Shown: positions 59,046 to 64,000 of the stretch, piece by piece
Layout: each line of letters opens with the position of its first letter
How positions within the stretch are numbered: the first letter of the stretch is position 1
Assembly (NCBI GenBank): GCA_040285855.1
Contig: JAUFOQ010000002.1
Span: 2,790,001 to 2,854,000, forward strand
From: Eukaryota sp. GEM-RC1
Taxonomy: Eukaryota
Reading direction: 5' to 3'
DNA length: 64,000 nt
Position numbers and translations under genes: made by a program
Notes under the pieces: generated by a model
Told to the model about the DNA's origin: nothing
Seen by the model: only the letters and a program-made list of their open reading frames with translations
Databases searched by the model: none

Positions 59046-62000
59046 TCACCGTATTGAAAATTGAGAACCTCCCAATACCAATCTTGGAGACGGACTTCTT
59101 GGAATTTTCCTAGAATTTTTAAAACTTTCAACACTATTAAATACTGATGGTGACGTTGCTTCAAACGTCGGTGGCGGAGTCTGCCTAACAAAAGTACTTC
59201 TCAAACTATTAGCAGAAGAAGGTCTAAATGAAGCTCTTGAATCTGATAGTGACGTCTTATCCAAAGAGGAAAGCGCTTTTCGAAGTAATTGATTCTCATT
59301 GACTAGGAAATCATAATCAGTTTTTGACACGCAATACTCGTGAGAATTTTGAGCTGCTTGCATCTCATCGATCTTACTCATCAACTTGTGCTTCATTTGT
59401 CTCTCAGTTTCTAACTGTTGCTTTAATCTAACAACTTCCTTATCAGCTTTAGTATTCTGACATGTTTGAGGATTTACAGGAGTTTTAGTCTTTTCAGAAC
59501 GTAGAGTACGAAGTTCAGCTTTTAAAACAGCTAGGTCGTTAGAGTCATAACCTCTGGATTTTGACAAACTTTCTTCTAATTCCTTAGCTTTACGAACCGC
59601 AATGATACGTTGGCGCAGAAACTTCTCCTTTAATTCTTCTGCTTGTCGAGCCATGTTGCTAACAGCTTCAGCTTCGTTCTTAGACGAAGCTACTTGTTTT
59701 TGAAGTTCAGCTATTCGGGATCGAAGAAGGTCTTCTCTAGTCAATGATTGCTGATTAGTAGAGGTCATTTCACGTTCCAGTCGTGATAAGTCTTGAGAGA
59801 GCCAATCAACTTCTTCTCGTAAGTATTTCTCAGTGGAAAACTTTTTAAATCTGTAATAAAATTTAAATTTTGCCAACAACGATTGTAACTCATCGTTTTT
59901 CTGTTGTAATTGAGAAATAAGCTCAGCATCAGCCGCGGATTTCGACACAGAATTACGCACTCGTTCAGGCATATTTAAATTATTTGAATTTTCGACCAAT
60001 TGTTTCCAAAGCCGAAGCTCTAGCCTCCAGAATAGTCCTATTAAGACGTTTTTGGTGAAGTTCTTGCTCTCCAGCCATTTTTTTCTTTAAGTGAAGTAAT
60101 AATACTCTTAAGTTCAGAAATCTCATCACGAAAAGACTTTTCTAATTCGAATTTTAAATTTGTTCTCAAATTATCCAGAGTATATTTCATTTTTTCCATT
60201 TCAGATTTCAAAACATCGTTTTCAAGTACTAAACCATAAGCTTTATACCCTAATAAAGACCAAGCCTGGGTGTCAATTTGATCCTTGTAATCTGATAAAA
60301 GTGTTTTGAAAGAGGCAACTTGAGTTTGAAAGAGCTCCTGTTTTTGAGCTAGGTCTTGTTCTAATTGATGATTGAGTTGATGGAGGTGTTTGACTTCTGA
60401 CGACTTCCACTCAAGCATATTGGAGAAAAGAACATCAAGTTCATTTTTGATTGAAGAAGAAGGGATCACTAGAAGGCAATCATCGACATACATGGGGTCT
60501 AGATTATTTTTCAAACTTGCGAATTTGGAAAGTCCTGGAAGAGCTGTCATATCAACTCCTTGAAGTCTTCAAACGTCAATCGTTGATTGCCATTGAAGAT
60601 TGTTGAATTAAAAGCCTCCAAAAAGGAAGGAATTGATGGGGCCCAAGATGATTGATTGGTGATGCGTTCAGTAGAAGAATCTAGAGAATTTTTAAATTTT
60701 TGAAATTTCAAGGCGAGGTACACACGGGAGAGAACGTCATCCATGTTCAATCCATCGGACACGTGGCTTCTCCAATCAAAATCGACTGATTTGAGTTCAG
60801 AAGTGTTGATGAGATGATCTATTTTTAGCTCACATAAATAATCATGATAAATTCCACAATGATGGTCAATTTCTTCATCAATTGTCGAAAACTCTTGACT
60901 TTTGAGTGATAAAGCTGTAAATTCTGCAGAAGTCAAGGCTTTATCAGCCCCAGTAAGGCTCAAAATTGTCGTCATCAAAATCCATTTGATTGAAGATCTG
61001 AAGAACACGTCATCCATCACAGGACAAAGCGCAATATGAAACTGATTGTTGACTCTCATATTGATTGCTGATTGATATTGATTGATGACTCTCTTGATTG
61101 CACTGATAACATCAGCTTTTGATTTCCTTTTCATTAAAGCGGATATAACATTGATCAACAAATTTAACGTTCTCCCCGACAACAAGGAATTAAATTTTTC
61201 AACAGATTTTTGAATTTGACTTGGTGAATTGTCACCTAAACATTGAATCATCACTTGAACCATTGATGAACTCAAAATTTCTAAATTATCTTGATTTTTT
61301 AACAAACTTTGAACACTCGATGTCTGTGAATCAAGAAACCGTTCAACTAACAATGACTCGGCCACACTAACGACAGAAAACATTGACGACTGTACCTCAC
61401 CTAAAACACGTGCTGCATTTGCTGACGTATCATCCCTCGAAATTTTTAAAATTTCAAACAACGACGGCATTATGAAAGGATTATTCAATCCCAAAACCCC
61501 TTCCTTCTCCTTCAACAACTCCGTATTCCCCTCTGAAGACTTTCTCATCAGTTCCCACAATCCCCCAGCTGAATCAAACCCCAACATTGTCTGCAGGATG
61601 ATGGAATATCTATAATACATTGGTACCGCTTCTTCATTCAAATTCTTACAGTAAGTGTCTGCTAGCGTAGAGACGATCCCTTCGTTGGGTTGAGGCGTGT
61701 GAGGTAGGACTAGGTCTTCTTCTGAAGAGGAGAGACGTAGGAAGAGGGTTCGGAGGGAGCGGCGGAGGTCTAATCTAATGGAGAGGAAGGACGTAAAGAG
61801 GGGAGCAACGTTGGCAACGTGTAGGAGGCGTTCTTTACGTGTTGATGACGTGACGAATGTGTCTGATGACGTGGATGGATTGGAGACTGATTTTGACCGT
61901 TTGATTGAAAGGTGGTCTACGAGTGGTTGGTTTTGAAGGACAATGCTTCGAAGAAGAAGCATTCGAGACTTCTCCAGGTTCAAAATTCTATACAAGTTTC

Positions 62001-64000
62001 GAATTTGTGCGGCAGTAACAACTTTTCTAATTCCGCCTTTAGATAATGTGAGTGGTTCTAAAGACTCAGATATTTCAGAAAAGGCAAGTGGCTGCCAATC
62101 AAGAATGATTGACAGCTCATCAGGTTGATCAATCAACAAAGAGAAATCCTCGACTTCCAAAGGTTCTGGACTACTATGGAACTTTGGAGAGTCAACAGGA
62201 ATCAATCGGACCGAATCAGGGGTAAGAACTTTCCCAATATAACGTAACTGATGACAATGAGCAAAAAACAACACGCGATTTGATAGATAACAATCAACCA
62301 ATCGATCAAAACAGGTCAAATAATCAACGAGATTCAAGCAGACTCTGACAGCACATCCCAAAGTCAGTGCATCAGTATAGATAGACCTCTTGTCCCCATT
62401 AATTAGGAGACTAATGTCAATGGTTTCGAGGGAGGAGTCGTTGACTAGAAGAGATAACATTGAAGAAAGAGTTGTTGAACAAATATGATGGGAAGTCAAT
62501 TCTTGAATAATTTCAGGAATTTTTTCAGAATTTGAATTATTTGATGAATTTTTGGTAATGAATAGAAAGTCGTTAACTGCTGTTTTAGTTGCTGCCAAAA
62601 GACATTGAAAAGTTGCTGCTTTCAGCGCTAGAGCTGAAGTTTTAGTCGTAGGTCTGTGAGTTAAACAAAAGAGCTCTGAACTGAAGAAAAGAAATTTAAA
62701 ATTTGATGAAACGAATCCAAAGTTGATGCTTCAAGCACTTCACCTACAGGCCACGAATCACACCGAACCCCACCAAAATCTTTCAACAACATGGAAATTC
62801 CTTTAGGAAAGGGACAAAATGAAGGTCCATTTGTTCCCTTTTTAATGAATCTGTAATCCAAATAACAACTAGAAAGTACTGTACCAAAAGAGGAAGTTAA
62901 TAACTCAGTGGAAATGATTGCTAGGGAATAGTCATCCAGACTTTCGATATCGTTATGAAATAGTACATTGAACACGTGATCCAAGTGTTGGTGCAAGTGT
63001 TGGACGTAGAGAGGGCATGAAGTAGGGGAGGAGTGGTGGATGAGTACGGATAACAAGGAGCAGAATTGGACAGCGCTTTCGATTAGCATTAGTTCAGCCT
63101 TGTAGATATTTGAAAAAAGTGTCAGAATTTCAAGTTCCTTAGCCATCTCCTGAGAGAAAGCCAATACTGAACCAACCTTCTGTACCCGTTTCTCAATGAG
63201 CTTCATTGAGTTCAATGATTGTTGAAAGATGACGAGATTCCCGTCATCATCGACAACAAAGCATTTAACTGGAGCAAGATTGAACAACAGAGCTATATCA
63301 ACATCTTCAGAAACGACATTACTAGAAGAATTTAATGTATTTTGGGAGTGATCGTAGAACTTCTTCATTGTTTCTTCAGTTGGGTCAACCAAGGAGTAAC
63401 CGAAACTAGACGAATCGTCAGAGCTATCAATGAAGGTAGACCATCTTTTTAAATATTCTAAATAATTCAACATTGAGAGAATTGAAATTCGACTGCTGAC
63501 TAGAGCTAAATGTCGCAGTACAAGAAAGGAGAAATACTTTCGATTATTCACTGTATTTAAATTTTTAAACGACGGACACGTGTCAACACTTTTGGCAGTT
63601 TTCTCACCGACCTCCATCAAATTAATCATCGACAGTGATTGATTAAGATCAGTAGAGCTCGGTGATGACGTTGTCCTCCTAAATCTATTCGCCAAAAGCT
63701 TAACATCTTTACATTTTAAACTTTTCAGCTCCGCAACGATGGCCAATGAATTTTCAAATATTACTTCAGATTTATAAAAGAACGATTGAGCAAAGGTCTG
63801 AGTAGGAGAAGGTAGTCCAAAAAGCAGAGGCTGAGCAACGTGAAAATAGGCCTCTCTTGTTGAGCAATCATCAATTAGTGCGAACATTGAATCCTCTTGA
63901 ATCTCGTCATTTTCTTCAGAAGTCATGGGAAAAGAATCAAAGAACAAATGTTGGAATTTGACTCCCATGTGGAGCAACTTCTCACACTCAAAATACAATT
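59046..64000 (-). CDS. Very large protein with C-terminal coiled coil, tentatively CCDC162-like; 5' end outside window; 4 apparent frameshifts
   Basis: Collinear ORFs 62661-63998, 60547-62598, 60041-60550, 59046-59999 with bridging frames; family call is from recalled motifs (FLVLRHL..LNY) and is unverified. Confidence 0.6.

Noticed and set aside
62654..62681. 28-nt intron candidate GTTCAG...TTAACTCACAG
   Set aside because: Splicing leads to a stop after three codons and does not reach the downstream ORF frame
1..64000. Alternative nuclear genetic code (stop reassignment)
   Set aside because: TAA, TAG and TGA all end conserved genes at expected positions; ORF breaks are frame changes or introns, not in-frame stops

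Overview
Gene-dense, AT-rich eukaryotic genomic DNA in the standard genetic code, with very short GT-AG introns. The gene content and compactness suggest an anaerobic or bacterivorous protist, possibly a metamonad (inference only). Recognisable genes are a secreted PHB-depolymerase-like esterase, tRNA-Asn(GTT), OLA1/YchF, a PQ-loop transporter, a membrane-anchored beta-lactamase-fold serine hydrolase, an RCC1-repeat type I membrane protein, PCF11, ERCC6/RAD26, a JAMM/MPN protease, two tandem rhomboids, a BTB-SPRY protein, RPA49, a 2-Cys peroxiredoxin with a Cys-rich N-terminus, NOP2, TOP3B and a large coiled-coil (CCDC162-like) gene. Intergenic DNA is mostly nested transposon debris: hAT elements with 8-bp TSDs, TA-flanked Tc1/mariner-type elements, a Mutator-like MITE, and about a dozen 5'-truncated CRE-like RLE non-LTR fragments. 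Two window-wide signals stand out. First, six 27-31 nt introns share a branch-point motif at a fixed position (YTNA at -10..-7). Second, more than ten single-base frameshifts interrupt otherwise intact genes. These are most likely homopolymer assembly errors, but recoding has not been excluded. All family calls come from motif recognition by eye; no database search was run.
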